The position numbers were made by a program, and so were the translations under genes. The notes below the pieces were generated by a model that saw only the letters and a program-made list of their open reading frames with translations, was not told the origin of the DNA and made no database searches. Of a stretch of DNA of 64,000 bases, positions 1-12,869 are shown piece by piece (positions within the stretch are counted from its first letter, which is position 1; each line of letters starts with the position of its first letter). The stretch is from contig CM074519.1 in the NCBI GenBank assembly GCA_037379345.1, forward strand, positions 41,584,851-41,648,850, given 5' to 3'. This DNA is from Perna viridis. Lineage: Eukaryota.

Positions 1-2395
1 TTTGAGAGATTTTCACGAACACAGAAATGCATTAAAATATGGTAAATCATAAAAGCTGAAAAATTGCATAACTACATGTACTTGTATTTAGTAAATTTAG
101 ATATAAAACATCATTCTAAATAATTGCAGAGATATATCCATCACAATGCGCATCGTACCCATTGGATGGTTTTGTCAGGATTGACAGATCCGCAGAACTG
201 CAACAGCAGAGGTCTAGGACATGTGTTACAGTTCTTCAGGCCTAGCAGCAATCCAAAATCAAAACAAAGTACAAAATACATTACGATGGAAAATACATAA
301 ACTACAATATAAAAATATATTTTAGAATAATTCTGAACACGGACTACAGTAACTACAAAACACAAACAAAATGAATTATTCGGGTATCATGAGTAATTTT
401 GAATGCAATACCATGATATTTTGAATTCAAATGACATTATATTTCATTCATACACATCAAGCAGCATTTGTTTTGATTTTAAATAGCAGAAATGAATGAT
501 ATACACTTGGTACTTATTATATACAATATATTAAATAACTACTGTTTTTTTAACAGTGTCTACAAGCAAGATATTGGTATTAAGATTATAAAACCTGGTT
601 AATGAAATTATTCCAAAACGAAATCAACTACTTTTTGATTCGCCGGAAAAGAATTAACTCTTGAAATCGTTTTTATAATTAATCATAAAGTCCAGAGAAT
701 TTATGAAGTTGTCGAGGAAAAACAATGAGAAAATGAACATCTTTTAATCACACATGTGAAATTTTCTAGTCAAGGTAAGTGGTCTATTCTAAATTTAGCA
801 ACAGGAAAAACCCTATGGTGGAACAGGTGAGTATCAATAACCAGGTAACAATAACAATGAAAGATCACATGTTTCACTTTGACGTGGATATTTTTGAACC
901 CAATACACAGTTCTAATATTATAACATAAAGAGTACACAGACAAAGAAAGTATTTGGTTGACAGTTATGAATTGTTAATTTGGCAAAAGTTTATTAAGTT
1001 TCTACAAATTTTTTGTTTATAATAACTAAGTTATTCTACACCATCATTGCTATTCTGGTCATCATTCCAGACACTTTATGACGGTGGTTGCTCCCGGATC
1101 CTTCGCTCTAGGTTGGAGATATCGTCATGACAGTTTATAATAAGCTTTGTACTATCTTCTGTACGCTTGACAAATATTCTGCCATCGAAGGTCCAGTAGG
1201 CCTCTATCTGATTGTCATTTTTAAGCTTGGCAATCCTCTTGACTAGACTTGTTCTGAACTGCGTCAAATTTTCAGAAATGAATGTACCGTTAGAGTCATT
1301 TTTCAGTGCTTTTTTATTGGAGTACACCAGATGCCTAGTCCTATAGGATATGAATCTGACAATCACCTGCGATTTACCATTGCGCACTTTACCGATGACG
1401 TGTGTCCGACCTATGTCCTGAAGTTGGATGTTCACCTTCATTTTCTGGTTGCATATATCTAATATGAGTTGGTCGGTATTTACTGGATGTGCGATTTTTC
1501 CGTCATCACCAATGGGCACGGGTACATTGTGAAATCGGAGGCTTGTTCTACGGGAATACTGTTCTTGGTTTTCCAATCTATATTCCAAGTCAGCTATTTT
1601 CTGATACAAAGCATCCATGTCCCTTTCGCGCTCCTTGACAGCAGTAATACTCTCCCTTGTGACCCTTTCAAGATGGGAGATTTCTATAAACTGCTTGCAA
1701 ATTTTAGTCTCATTGTGTTTAATATCCGCGCTTTGTTTCGCTAGTTCTTCTCGCAGTGATTTTGTTTCTGCTTGTACCCGTTCATTTACTTGTTGCTCAA
1801 TCATGGTTGATAATGACTGGCCGATTTTACTGGCTAACACAGGGATGATAGAGTCAAGCACCTCGGGACTAGATAATATCTCTAGGACTTTGTCAGCGAG
1901 GTTTTTCTGAGCGGCTAATTGCTTCTTTGTAAGTGGTTTCAGCTCTGTCATATCACCAAAGGAGTTGCGTCTCCGGATTTGTCGCTGTGTCTGCTTTTCT
2001 GTTGCAGGCAAACCTTTGGGACTTTCTGGACTAGGCCGTTTGTTATTTGTAGGGTCAGTAGAATCAAGAGAATCGAAACCAGTAGTCGAAGTTGGGTTGG
2101 GCTGTGACTGTGTAATGAAAGGCGAATCATGTATGGGGGCGTCCATGTTTGTTTATGTTTTTGTTATTGTTGTTGTTGTTTGTGAGTCCGAGCTCACTAT
2201 CGAGTTCACTTCAAAAAGTTAGTGTATCAAACAATCACTAAATCAGCTGAATATCAATTGTAATGTACATCTACATTAGTATTAATGTTACAGAAAGTTT
2301 CTTTATGTAGCATTCATGTTTTCCAGCTTAAATCCCGAAAATTCCGACGGATATATTTCAACCTACCATGTCCTGTTGACGGCAGCCATCTTGAT
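1..2395 (-). mobile_element. 5' part of a LINE (5' UTR + ORF1 + downstream spacer), running off the left edge
   Basis: ORF1 above; the minus-strand 5' end starts CAAGATGGCTGCC (2393-2381), a YY1-type motif next to TA-rich flank. No ORF2 start is visible in 1-1075. Confidence 0.6.
1076..2146 (-). CDS. Non-LTR retrotransposon ORF1 protein (L1-ORF1/Transposase_22-like coiled coil + RRM + CTD, as in CR1/L2-group LINEs), 356 aa, intact
   Basis: Long heptad coiled coil followed by LENQEQYSRRTSLRFHNVP, DIGRTHVIGK, VIVRFISY, FISENLT and YWTFDGRIFVK, motifs typical of this ORF1 class; uninterrupted frame. Confidence 0.85.
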   Translation of the reverse strand: MDAPIHDSPFITQSQPNPTSTTGFDSLDSTDPTNNKRPSPESPKGLPATEKQTQRQIRRRNSFGDMTELKPLTKKQLAAQKNLADKVLEILSSPEVLDSIIPVLASKIGQSLSTMIEQQVNERVQAETKSLREELAKQSADIKHNETKICKQFIEISHLERVTRESITAVKERERDMDALYQKIADLEYRLENQEQYSRRTSLRFHNVPVPIGDDGKIAHPVNTDQLILDICNQKMKVNIQLQDIGRTHVIGKVRNGKSQVIVRFISYRTRHLVYSNKKALKNDSNGTFISENLTQFRTSLVKRIAKLKNDNQIEAYWTFDGRIFVKRTEDSTKLIINCHDDISNLERRIREQPPS

Positions 2396-5300
2396 ATCTA
2401 TATATATTATAGACAACTGATGTAAGAGATTGGAATTGCGTTCTTTCATACCCCAAGCCAAGTCAGAAAAAAGTTTTCCAGACAATCTCTAGCACAAATG
2501 GAGTAATAAATGGACCATTTTAGGCCTAAACAATGTTCCCGGTCATCCTTCTGACCCTCTTTCAGATCCCCTACTGATAAGTTTTTATTTGAAATTTTTA
2601 AGAAAAAGAAATTACGTAAAAATTCTGCCGATTGTCTTGCAGAAAAAAAAGAAGTAAATTGAAAACACACGTCATGAGTGTGCTTTTGGTCGTGGATTAT
2701 CCCCTTTTGAATTCGGCACTTGAGATATTTTTTGTTTGTTTTTACCAAATGAAAATAAAAATCCCTACCTACCGACCCTACAAAATTTTAGAATAGTGCA
2801 CGGAAACATAACACTACTTTTTTCGGTCTTGGAAATTTATCATCAATTGACTGGCATGCACCAATTAATATCTGTCTTACATGCACTGGAAAGTATTGAT
2901 TTTATCTCAAAAAGTATTTTGCTGGGTCGAAGGTTCAGTAAATACTGCTGTAGGCTACACAACGCTGCATAAAGCGTGCATATTATAAATTGAATCACTA
3001 GGTCACCGATCTACAAGAAGAACTGTTTGTTCACCAATTAAGGGCCCATAAAGGGCATGATTACAATACAATTTGTTTTTTTACATACAACAGTTTTGAT
3101 TGAACATATATAATAACATATAATATCAACAGTTAATTTACAAACTAAATAATTGTCACGTTTTTTTGAGCTTTTACTTGCATTATGAGTAATACATCAT
3201 AGTAATCAACACATAGTATTTAGTTATCATACTGGCACACCTCAGTTTCATTTACAAAATTGGATTATGATAATGGAGATTATAATTATGATCATCTAAT
3301 TATTATATGAATAAAGAATGTAAATGTATATTCACTTAAGGGTATATCTATTTGCAATAGTGATAATAATGCATTAAAAAAAAGAAAGAAAGAAAAGAAA
3401 AAATAAATAAATAAGTGCAGTGGACATAATACTCACTAGAAGCTTCCTTGTGCCCAGTGCAGAGAAGCAAGTCTTTTGAGTTGCTTCAAGACAAAGGACA
3501 CCAAGGGACGGTGCTCTAGGCTTCAAGTATGAAAATTAAGGTTAATTAAATCACGTCATAATGCATTAATTTTAACGAATGAACGTGGTCACATGACAAC
3601 TATTGTAATTTCCCCGAATACACAATAACCCACATTCACGGGTTTGACTATGCTCGGGGACTCTGTACACGCTTTGACATGAGAGACCCCAAACGATAGC
3701 TAAGGACATCAAGAAACACCTCAGTCCATCATGTAACACATATGAGTGCAAACTGGGTCTATCAATATATATATATGTTAGCACATACGAAAACAAAAAT
3801 TAACCCAAGTATAGGAACAGTCAGCAGATTGTCAGCGTCACATATTGTGCAAATGATTGACTAACCCTGTGTTACGAAAGATATTTTGGGATTTTAGTGG
3901 TTTATATCCACAAAGGCAGTCGAATTATCTTCTTGAAGCAACGTTGTTCTAGCTTTATAGTTCACGAAATGAAGGATGTAACAGATATACGGAAATGCTA
4001 TCATTTCCAACTGCATTGTTAAAGTGTTATTTAACAATGTATTAACAATACGAACACAATAAATACGAAACAGAAAGAGAGAGAGAAGAAAGTGCCCATT
4101 ACAGACACGGTATCAATGTCCTGTCACGATTAAATTACGTTACATATTTAGCTTTAGGCATAGCAAACTGTTGGTCTAATATCGCTTTGTACTACATTGT
4201 AAATATACTTTCAAAAGTATTGATGTCTTCCTCTTACCAAGAAAACCAAATTGTCTTTGTTATCTTGATTTGTCTTTCCGTCCGTATCCTTATATCTGCG
4301 TTTTGATAAAATACTACCAGTACAATGAGCAAATATGCAAGACAGACCTAATAGGATTTTTCAACAATTCCATTTCGGATGATTGCGACAGTAAAGAAAA
4401 GAAACCAAAATACTCTAAAGATTTCTAGATTTTGCTTTGTTGCAATGACGAACTATAATAACATACTGCTATTACACAGTTCTGATCTGTGACCGGAGGG
4501 GGGAGTATCATAGTCGTATCTTATTGTCAATACGAAAAAGGGCCAAATTGGCAGTTTCAAAACCAACATCTATAATTCGGACGTTCAAACACAGGCAACA
4601 CAGGCTACTGTGCAGAGATGTAATTTGAAGATAGATGGGCAATGGGCAATACCCCTTGTAAATCGTTATAGCTTTTCCCCATCGATATCCCAATTATCTC
4701 TTTATATACAAGACCCTATGGTAAGACTTCTTCAACCAAACGATAAATATTGTGACTAACTATGAACTACAGTGTTTTTACAAATACATTTTTTATGAAG
4801 GTGAAGACGATTCGTCAAATCCAGAAACAACAAACCGCATGTGCAAACCATAACGTCACGTACAATACAATGTTCAATATTTACAACAGTTTACATCATA
4901 AACGTGAGAAGTGTACGTTAGAGAGTGATACAGATGGTAACATCAATATGTCAGATATTTCCTTGATACCTATATGATACGAACACGTATGATAAGTTAT
5001 CTGAAACTTAATAATTATTAATGTCTCCGAACGTTACGTAGCCTCAATTTATTCAATGAATCGTTTAAAAACGATGGTGCACGATTTAAATGTTGTTGTA
5101 TTTTAACTCAAGAGATTTTATCATGTTTTATTATACAAGTGTATATACTTCAGATGTAAAACTCAAGGTCAGTTTCTTTGAGATCGTTCTCTGTCGAAAT
5201 TTTAAACCATAAAGCATCTCTTTATCCATGAAGTTACATGACTAAAAAGATTATAAGAATACTATATAAATATAACATTTTCAATAACACCCACACACCC

Positions 5301-6639
5301 TTTTTTTCTTATCCTTATAATTGTACGTAAGTCACGATTTTCGTTAATTGTGTAACTTTCATCAAATGTTATGAACTTGAAAGACATATTGAACATAAAG
5401 TAAAACAAGATCAGATTTAAGTATGTACCCATTTATGTATAAGTGGACAGATTTAAAGTCGAATATACAGTTTTAATTTGTTTTACAATACCCACAAATA
5501 CTGTTCTACTCTAATCAGATACAGGTAAAAAATAGAATAGTCTTCACATCGGTATTAAAGGTATTTAAATACAGACGTAAAACGAATTGACACATCATCA
5601 TGTACATGTGTATAATGTCTTTATATGCTGACAGCAATTCTGCAATAATTGCATGATTAATATTTCTATTATCTAATGAAAAAATATATTTAAAATTTCC
5701 TACCCAAAAATTGTCAACGAATCGTTTATGTCGTCCCATTATCAATGAATGTTCAAACAAGGAAGTGAAACGCTTCAGATCCTTCTACTGAAACGACAGT
5801 TGTCAAGTACGTACGCATATTTACATTACGTTTCTTCGGAAATGTGACAACCACAAAACCGCTCTAAATATTGTGAGTTCCCAGTACGGATGTCAAACTA
5901 GTACATGTATTAGATCGATGTTCTTGGAATACCAATGCAAGTTGCCTTTGAAGATATATTTGTATTGATGGAGTAAGATACGTACATGTACATGTACCTA
6001 CACTATAGAAAAGGGAGACTGGAACGATTAAAAAATATAAAATATCAAATTTGTAGACCCGCTCAGGTTTTATGATGGCCACTGTCCGTCCTTTACACAC
6101 ATATTGGAATGTACATTGTAATAGTTACATTCAAAGGTTCAAATTTGCAAAGTTCACAAATATCTGAAATGCAATAATACAGGTAGACTCCAAATAATAG
6201 TTTTACTAGTCTTCTCACAAAAAGCAGGTAAAGTGTACATTAAATATGAACCATGCATGTTCCACCATTATGGTTCACATATATTGGTCAGTGTAATAGT
6301 ACAGATTGTTGTGTAGTCTCCATCTTTTTGAAGAAATTAAGGTCCGTTAAATTTATTTTGCATTTTATCAGAGCTATCTTCCCATGCTTTACAGTTCAAA
6401 TAAAATGTATGATAAAGTAACAACTGATTTGGTCAGAAACCCCAGTTTTGATGATACTATATCTATTTAGCACATTGGAATTAAAGTTAGATTAAACTTG
6501 ATCGAAAATCGCATACTACTAGTATTCCATTTTCACATTAAAACAAAAGGCTAATGTTTCAATGACTTTTTAAAAGAAATTTGATTCTTGTATTTTTAAA
6601 TAACATGTGAAGACAAAAAAAAATACAAAAAGAATGGAA

Positions 6640-7428
6640 ATGTTGCATATGTAACGAAAATAAATATTGTGAATATATTACGAGAATGGATATGGTTAAT
6701 ATATAATACGAATCATTATGGATATGTTGAGTATATAACGAGAATGGATATGGTGAATATATATAACGAGCATTTATATGGTGAGTATAAAATGATAATG
6801 GATATGGTGAATATATAACTAGAATGGATATGGTGAATATATAACGAGAATGGATATGGTGAATATACAATGATAATGGATATGGTGAATATATAACTAG
6901 AATGGATATGGTGAATATATAACGAGAATGGATATGGTGAATATACAATGAGAATGGATATGGTGAATAAATGACGAAAATGGGTATTGTGATTATGTAA
7001 TGAAAATCGATATGATGAATATATATCGAGAATGAAAATTGTACGTATATGCAGAAAATTAATATGGTGAATATGCAATGAGAATGGATATAGTAAATAT
7101 ACAATGAGAATGGATATGGTAAATACTTAACGAGAATGGATGTGGTGAATATACAATGAGAATGGATAAGGTGAATATATAACGAAAATGGATATGGTGA
7201 ATATATAATGAAAATGGATATTGTGAATATAAAATGAGAATGGATATGGTAACTATTTAGCGAGGATGGATATGGTGAATATATAATGAGAATGAATGTG
7301 GTGAATATACAATGAGAATGGATAAGATAAATATATATATCTAGAATGAATATGATTAGTTTATACAGAAAATGAATATGGTGAATATGTAATGAGGATG
7401 GATATGGTTAATATACAATGAGAATTGA
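6640..7428. repeat. Minisatellite, ~26-bp unit (GAGAATGGATATGGTGAATATATAAC)
   Basis: Direct inspection: more than 25 degenerate tandem copies. It explains the repetitive ORFs 6559-7104 and 6716-7078. Confidence 0.95.
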
Positions 7429-7429
7429 T

Positions 7430-7838
7430 TCTGGAGCAGGGTTATGTTGCTACAAGGTTTAAAGGCATCACTACAAAAGTTTTATGGTCGTCATCATGAA
7501 CTCGTGGATCGTTACGGTGTATCCATCTGCGCCATGAAAACTGATTTGTTCAACGTGCCATGATTTTCCTTTCCCCTTTCCTCTACCCCAGACTTGACTT
7601 TTTATGAGCAACTCGGCTGGTGTTTCTAGAAAAGCAGGGGACGCTTACCCTACCGGTGCACCTGGGCCATACTCCCAGGTTTAGTGGAGTCCGAGTAGCT
7701 CATTTGCTTTTATTACTTTGTATGATTTTAGTTACTTTATGTTCTTTGTTATGAATGTCGGTTTTCCATGTCTGGTCTTTGTCCCTGAATTACATTATTT
7801 TGATTACCGCTATAACCTTGGTTTCCTTGATTACTCTT
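7430..7838 (+). mobile_element. Penelope-like element (Naiad-type, family A) 3' fragment
   Basis: Encodes the degenerate RT C-terminus (EQGYVAT..KFYGRHHELVDRYGVSIC.MKTDLFNV), then the shared 3' UTR ending TTGATTACTCT; same sequence as 57010-58065. Confidence 0.8.
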
Positions 7839-9059
7839 TAAAGTAGCTACCCCCCCCCTATCTGACACTATATAAAGTGGAACTCCTAATTTCCTGCATT
7901 TTGACACCTATTTTCAACAAAACGTATATAACTATAACAGTGTTAAATTTGGAAGAAATAAAACTGCTTTCGACGATTGATCAGATCATACATGTTAACA
8001 TGCGGTTCATACTGAACTTATGTACATGTATCTTACGGTCCAAATACGTGTATCGTCTGGAACACTATATAACTTAACGGAAATGAAATGACTTTACAAG
8101 TTAATCGTATGAAACAGTTTCTTTAATTTACACGATGGCTATGTTAAAAATGCATTTAGATGATGGCATATATCTGCCCCTACTTGTCACTTAATCTAGT
8201 ACAAAATACTAAAAATACCAACAAAAAATGAGTGTGAAGACCATTTCTGACATCTTGTTGTCACTTACTTATCTCACATACTTAACAGTTGAAATTAAGT
8301 ATGCGATATCGGGTTTCGGAATTTGTAGCCTTCATTTAATTCATACAAACGTTTCAAATAGATTTACGTTTTCGTTCCGTTTCACTGGTACTCTTTGTGG
8401 CGATACACATTTAATGACATTTTGTTTTTGAATATTAATTGTCCAATCTATTTACCATTTTGGGGCCCATACAGGTACATCGTTTGATTTCATTACCTCA
8501 CAATATGATTAGATATTGTGTACAACTTTATTTCATCTATTAAGTAGGCATTTCTTAATGTAGCTACACATGCATGTATTTTCCTTGATAAACTTTTTTT
8601 TTTTGCTTTCCAGATTATTAAATTGTACTATTATTGAGACCCTCCTAAACCTTGGGTCACCGTAGTGACTTCGATAATTTGTATATGGCGTAAATGAATA
8701 TGCGAGAAAATTAGTTTTCTCGTTGTTTTCATGGTCTTCTATCGTCAGCTGAATCATTGTAAGTTAATGGAATAAGTTTTTTGTTTGGTTTTGTTTTAAA
8801 CAAATTTGTTTGTTTTTGTTTGTCTGTTTGTTTTTTTTTTCCTTTTTTTTTAGCTTTTGTTAATTCCATAAGCAAATAACTTCTAAATCGAGAAAATGGT
8901 TTTTTTTTTTCGAAACTGAAAACAGCCAGTCTATTTTTACCCCTGAACTGACAACTTCCTTAATATTCACTTTCAAACTTGAAGATATCTTAAAGTGTCA
9001 TTCATCCAAACTATTCCGTTTTATATCTTACATGTCATTGTTTATACCTTTTAGAAAAA

Positions 9060-11660
9060 ATGGAAGAAACCAACAAAGAAGGAACCGGTATATCTGCGAC
9101 AAGTGGATCAGCCACATACATCGGTAGCACCCGGGAAAGCAGGATTAGTCTCTCTGACATTTCAGAAGAGTTTCTGACATGCCCTATCTGCACTGAAGAG
9201 TTCACAGAACCGCGCATGCTTCCTTGCTTGCATTCGTTCTGCAGTCATTGTATTTCGGACTTTATCGTTGAGAACAATAAAGATTCAAAGTCTGCTAACT
9301 CATTCCACTGTCCTGTCTGTCAGGCAGAAGTACAAGTCCATAACCCCGCGAGACCAGTTCAGACGTGGGTTAACCAACTTCCGGTCAATAATTTCATTTT
9401 TGGTCTGATTGATGCAATTCAGTTGCGAACCGGAGATAGGAAATGCGATCCATGTCAGAAAATGAGCAAGACCGTACCAGCCACGGTATGGTGTAATCAG
9501 TGCGGGGAAGCCATGTGCAGTTCATGTACGGAGCTGCACGACAGTATGAAATATTCTACAGGTCATGAAACTAATGATATCAACGAAGTTAAACAATCTC
9601 CAGTAAAAACAACTCAGCTCAAAGTACAGTGCTCAAAACATGAAGGGAAGTTTATGGATTACTACTGTTCTGATCATGGCGAAGTATTGTGTACGTCTTG
9701 TGTGGCAGACGCGCATAGAGACTGTACACGTGTTCAGTTTGTACACGAGGCCGCTGCCTGTCTGAAGGATGATGGGAAGAGCGTGCTAGACAACCTTGGT
9801 AAAATAACTGAATGGTCTGTCCGCGTGATGGAAAACCGGAAACAGTGTCTTAAAGAAATCCAAGATGCTGCCGAGAGGATTAGGGACCAAATTAAGAGCA
9901 TCAGGAATAGAGTCAACTCTATTCTTGATGTACAAGAGAAAAAAATGGTTGCTGAACTCAAACAACGTGAGCTTGAAGAGGCCGAAAAGTTTGAAAAAGA
10001 GAAGAATCGTTGTAACGAAATCATCAGTGTTACGAGAAATGCTAATGCGCTTTTAAAAAACTCATTAAGGCATGGGTCAGACACAGATGTTCTGTCTTGT
10101 ATGGCAAAAATCAAAACTGCAACAAGAAAACACGAAAAAGAAGTACGTGATCTTTGTAGATCACTGACAACAGTTCAGCTAGAGTTCCGCGAGGACGACT
10201 CTATAAACGACATGCTTACTCAGCTCGGAGAGGAAGTTGGTCACTTTTCCATTTCACACCAGGAAGTTAATATTCCCCCGTCCTACCATGTACGTGCTGA
10301 CACGATATTCATCACACAAGATGAAGATGAGGGTGAAAACGACGACGAGAAGATCGTTGATGCATCGACAAATCATTCATCAGTTAATCGTGGATCTGTT
10401 CGTAGTAAAGGGTCGAAGTTCTCTCGAGCAACGAACAAAGACCTTTTCAATGGAAAAAACTCGGGAAAGAATTCATCAAATTCTCGGCGTAGAAATTCAT
10501 TCAACTTGAATATAAGAGGACAAGGTCATTCCTCAAAAGGTTCCATCTATTCGGCTTCTGCAAGAGGAAACTTAAAGAAAAGTAAGCTTTACTCATCGCA
10601 GCTTCTGCCGATTCCCTCTTCGCGAATAAAAGAAGAAGAAAGCAACGAAACGTCTTCAGAAAGTACATACTCTCCGCAACCCTCCGCATATCGTATCAGC
10701 GGAAATACGAGAATAAGTGGTGATATTTCTGCTAGAGTTAACTACACGCCTTTGTCTCCCGGGAAAAAATTGCCAGGTGTTCAAAAAGTGACCGTAAAGC
10801 GAGCACTTCCGGACACTACTTTCTTAGCACGAACTCCAAATGATCGTGATAACTGTTGTTTGACTAGTGCATCATTCTTATCTGACGGGAAATTGGTCAT
10901 CGTTGATCAGGTGCACCGAAAAATTAAACTTTACGACGAAATACAACGTTTTGTGTCGGAAAAAGTGCTGTCTGCACGGCCATATGATATTACGGAAATC
11001 GCTCCATCGGAGTTAGCGGTAACAATCCCCAAAGAAAAGCGTGTAATCATGATGTACGTCCGAGATCCAGAGATCAGTATCTCAACAAGCTTCCAGACCG
11101 GAGCAAAGTGCTGGGGTATAAGTTCCTCGCAGGGAACTATTGCTGTTTCGTGTTATACGGCTCCACCTAGCGTCAAACTAATGACACGTGACGGGAGAGA
11201 GATAAAGTCTATCAATGTCGATCAGTTTGGCCACCAGCTGTTCTTTTTCCCGGAATACGTTGCATTCGATAACATCGGCGAAACTTTATATGTTACAGAC
11301 CGGTACAAAAAGTCTGTGATTGCCGTGACAGTTCGTGGAGAAAAACAATGGGAAGCTAAACCTCAAGCACTTAAAGCTCCTCGTGGCTTAACCGTCAATG
11401 GTACGCGTTTGTATATAGCAGGAAGTAGGTCACATAATGTGCTTTTGATGTCAACCGCGGGTGAAGTCTTAGGGGAAGTCGTAAAACAAACGTTAACATC
11501 TCCCCACAAAGTGTGTTTGAACGCAAGTGGCGATACCATGTTAGTTACTCAGCATGCTGTAACGTTGATACCAGTGGAGAAAAATACGGTGAAAATGTTC
11601 AAATTGCAGCAAGATTGGCGAGACAACTTCATCGATACCGACTCGAAATTGTCTGAATAA
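9060..11660 (+). CDS. TRIM-NHL E3 ubiquitin ligase (RING, B-box1, B-box2, coiled coil, NHL beta-propeller; TRIM2/3/56/71-like), 866 aa, single coding exon
   Basis: RING CPIC..LPCLHSFC..C..CPVC; B-box1 CDPC..WCNQC..MCSSC..H..H; B-box2 CSKH..YCSDH..LCTSC..HRDC; coiled coil; NHL repeats (LVIVD, PYDIT, FPEYVAFD..LYVTD, PRGLTV). Splice acceptor TTTTAG ends at 9054, just upstream of the ATG. Confidence 0.93.
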   Translation: MEETNKEGTGISATSGSATYIGSTRESRISLSDISEEFLTCPICTEEFTEPRMLPCLHSFCSHCISDFIVENNKDSKSANSFHCPVCQAEVQVHNPARPVQTWVNQLPVNNFIFGLIDAIQLRTGDRKCDPCQKMSKTVPATVWCNQCGEAMCSSCTELHDSMKYSTGHETNDINEVKQSPVKTTQLKVQCSKHEGKFMDYYCSDHGEVLCTSCVADAHRDCTRVQFVHEAAACLKDDGKSVLDNLGKITEWSVRVMENRKQCLKEIQDAAERIRDQIKSIRNRVNSILDVQEKKMVAELKQRELEEAEKFEKEKNRCNEIISVTRNANALLKNSLRHGSDTDVLSCMAKIKTATRKHEKEVRDLCRSLTTVQLEFREDDSINDMLTQLGEEVGHFSISHQEVNIPPSYHVRADTIFITQDEDEGENDDEKIVDASTNHSSVNRGSVRSKGSKFSRATNKDLFNGKNSGKNSSNSRRRNSFNLNIRGQGHSSKGSIYSASARGNLKKSKLYSSQLLPIPSSRIKEEESNETSSESTYSPQPSAYRISGNTRISGDISARVNYTPLSPGKKLPGVQKVTVKRALPDTTFLARTPNDRDNCCLTSASFLSDGKLVIVDQVHRKIKLYDEIQRFVSEKVLSARPYDITEIAPSELAVTIPKEKRVIMMYVRDPEISISTSFQTGAKCWGISSSQGTIAVSCYTAPPSVKLMTRDGREIKSINVDQFGHQLFFFPEYVAFDNIGETLYVTDRYKKSVIAVTVRGEKQWEAKPQALKAPRGLTVNGTRLYIAGSRSHNVLLMSTAGEVLGEVVKQTLTSPHKVCLNASGDTMLVTQHAVTLIPVEKNTVKMFKLQQDWRDNFIDTDSKLSE

Positions 11661-12869
11661 TGGTTATTTATTTACTAGTTATCAACGATATACATTTGCA
11701 CCGTGCACATACATGACATTTTATACATAACATATTAATATACTTATTGTAGACACAGAGCTGGTTATACAATATAGTTCATTGGACAATCAGAAAATGT
11801 GTTCCGTTTCTGCGAATCCAGAATTTCAGGAAAGGGATGGTGTAAATAAAATTAAAGACCGGAAGAAATGGAGCTTTTCAGTGGTAGAATTTGTGAATGA
11901 AAAAAAGATTCCATACAGTTTCGAATTCTCAACACAAAATTATTTTTCCAAGTACATCCGGTATGCCTTTCCTTTGATCCGTATTTTGTTCAGACAAACT
12001 TCTCAGAATGTGACAACTCTATTAGTTGCACTGTTCCATCGGATCAAATTGATACAGGGGAGATAATGTAAACGTGCAGAAAGGACTGAAAAATTCCCAA
12101 CGATGTAAGAACTGTTAAATTTGCGATGTACATTTTTGATCGTTCCCTCCGTGGTAATCCAACAGAAAGTTTATTCAATTTATGTTAAGTGTTTCTTGTC
12201 AGTTTTTTCAGCATGAGTACATTGACCTGAAAGTGCCCGTTTTCTTGCACGCTGAACAGGAGTACATGTATCTTCATTGGGGGGGGGGGCAATTTCAATG
12301 ATAGTGCATGTAGTATTATTTTTCTGTTCCTCATCTTATGCGTTTTTCTGATCCGATGTTTCAATTGAGTCGTCAGTGACAACATCATCGTCGTATAATC
12401 ATAAGTATTAGGTTTTTTATGATCGGTTTCAATGGCTTCATAATGATAAGTCAATACTCTTTCCAGATCTTCCTCAGTTTCAAGATTTGGAAGCAATTCT
12501 TTCATAAGACTAGTTGTCGTCAGAACGAGTTTTTGCTTCAAACAGGGCTTTGTATGGCATTCTCAATATCAGACCAAGCAAAACCAAAATTCTCAATTAT
12601 AATAAATTTCAGAATGAAATTCATGTTCACCAAGAAAAATACTAAAAACAGTTAAAGGAATGAGAAAAGTGTGAATTACTTGTATCCTAAAGTCAATTAA
12701 TTAATTACATATATTTAATATTAGACTAAAATTATGTACAAGTTGAAAGTGATTGTCGGCCAATTTTGGTGCAAAATTATAATTTGTCCAAGCGTCTTTT
12801 GGACAGATTGTACTTTGTGCAAAGTCAAAATACATTTTTTATACAAATTATAATACATGATAAAACTAT

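Noticed and set aside
225-245. CTGAAGA on the minus strand as a hammerhead core
   Set aside because: The following stem is not closed by GAAA and no stem I/III with an NUH site was found.
1469-2222. Plus-strand ORFs overlapping LINE ORF1, and similar antisense ORFs inside the TRIM and orphan genes
   Set aside because: Shadow frames of real coding sequence.
3430-3525. GC-richer segment ending in a minus-strand donor-like CTA|GTGAGT
   Set aside because: Could be an exon of a gene extending left of the window, but there is no partner exon or recognisable peptide.
6559-7104. Repetitive ORFs of 181 and 120 aa
   Set aside because: Translations of the 26-bp minisatellite.
12185-12541. 118-aa minus-strand ORF
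   Set aside because: Starts at TTG, looks frameshifted and has no recognisable domain; possibly an old transposon fragment, but unsupported.
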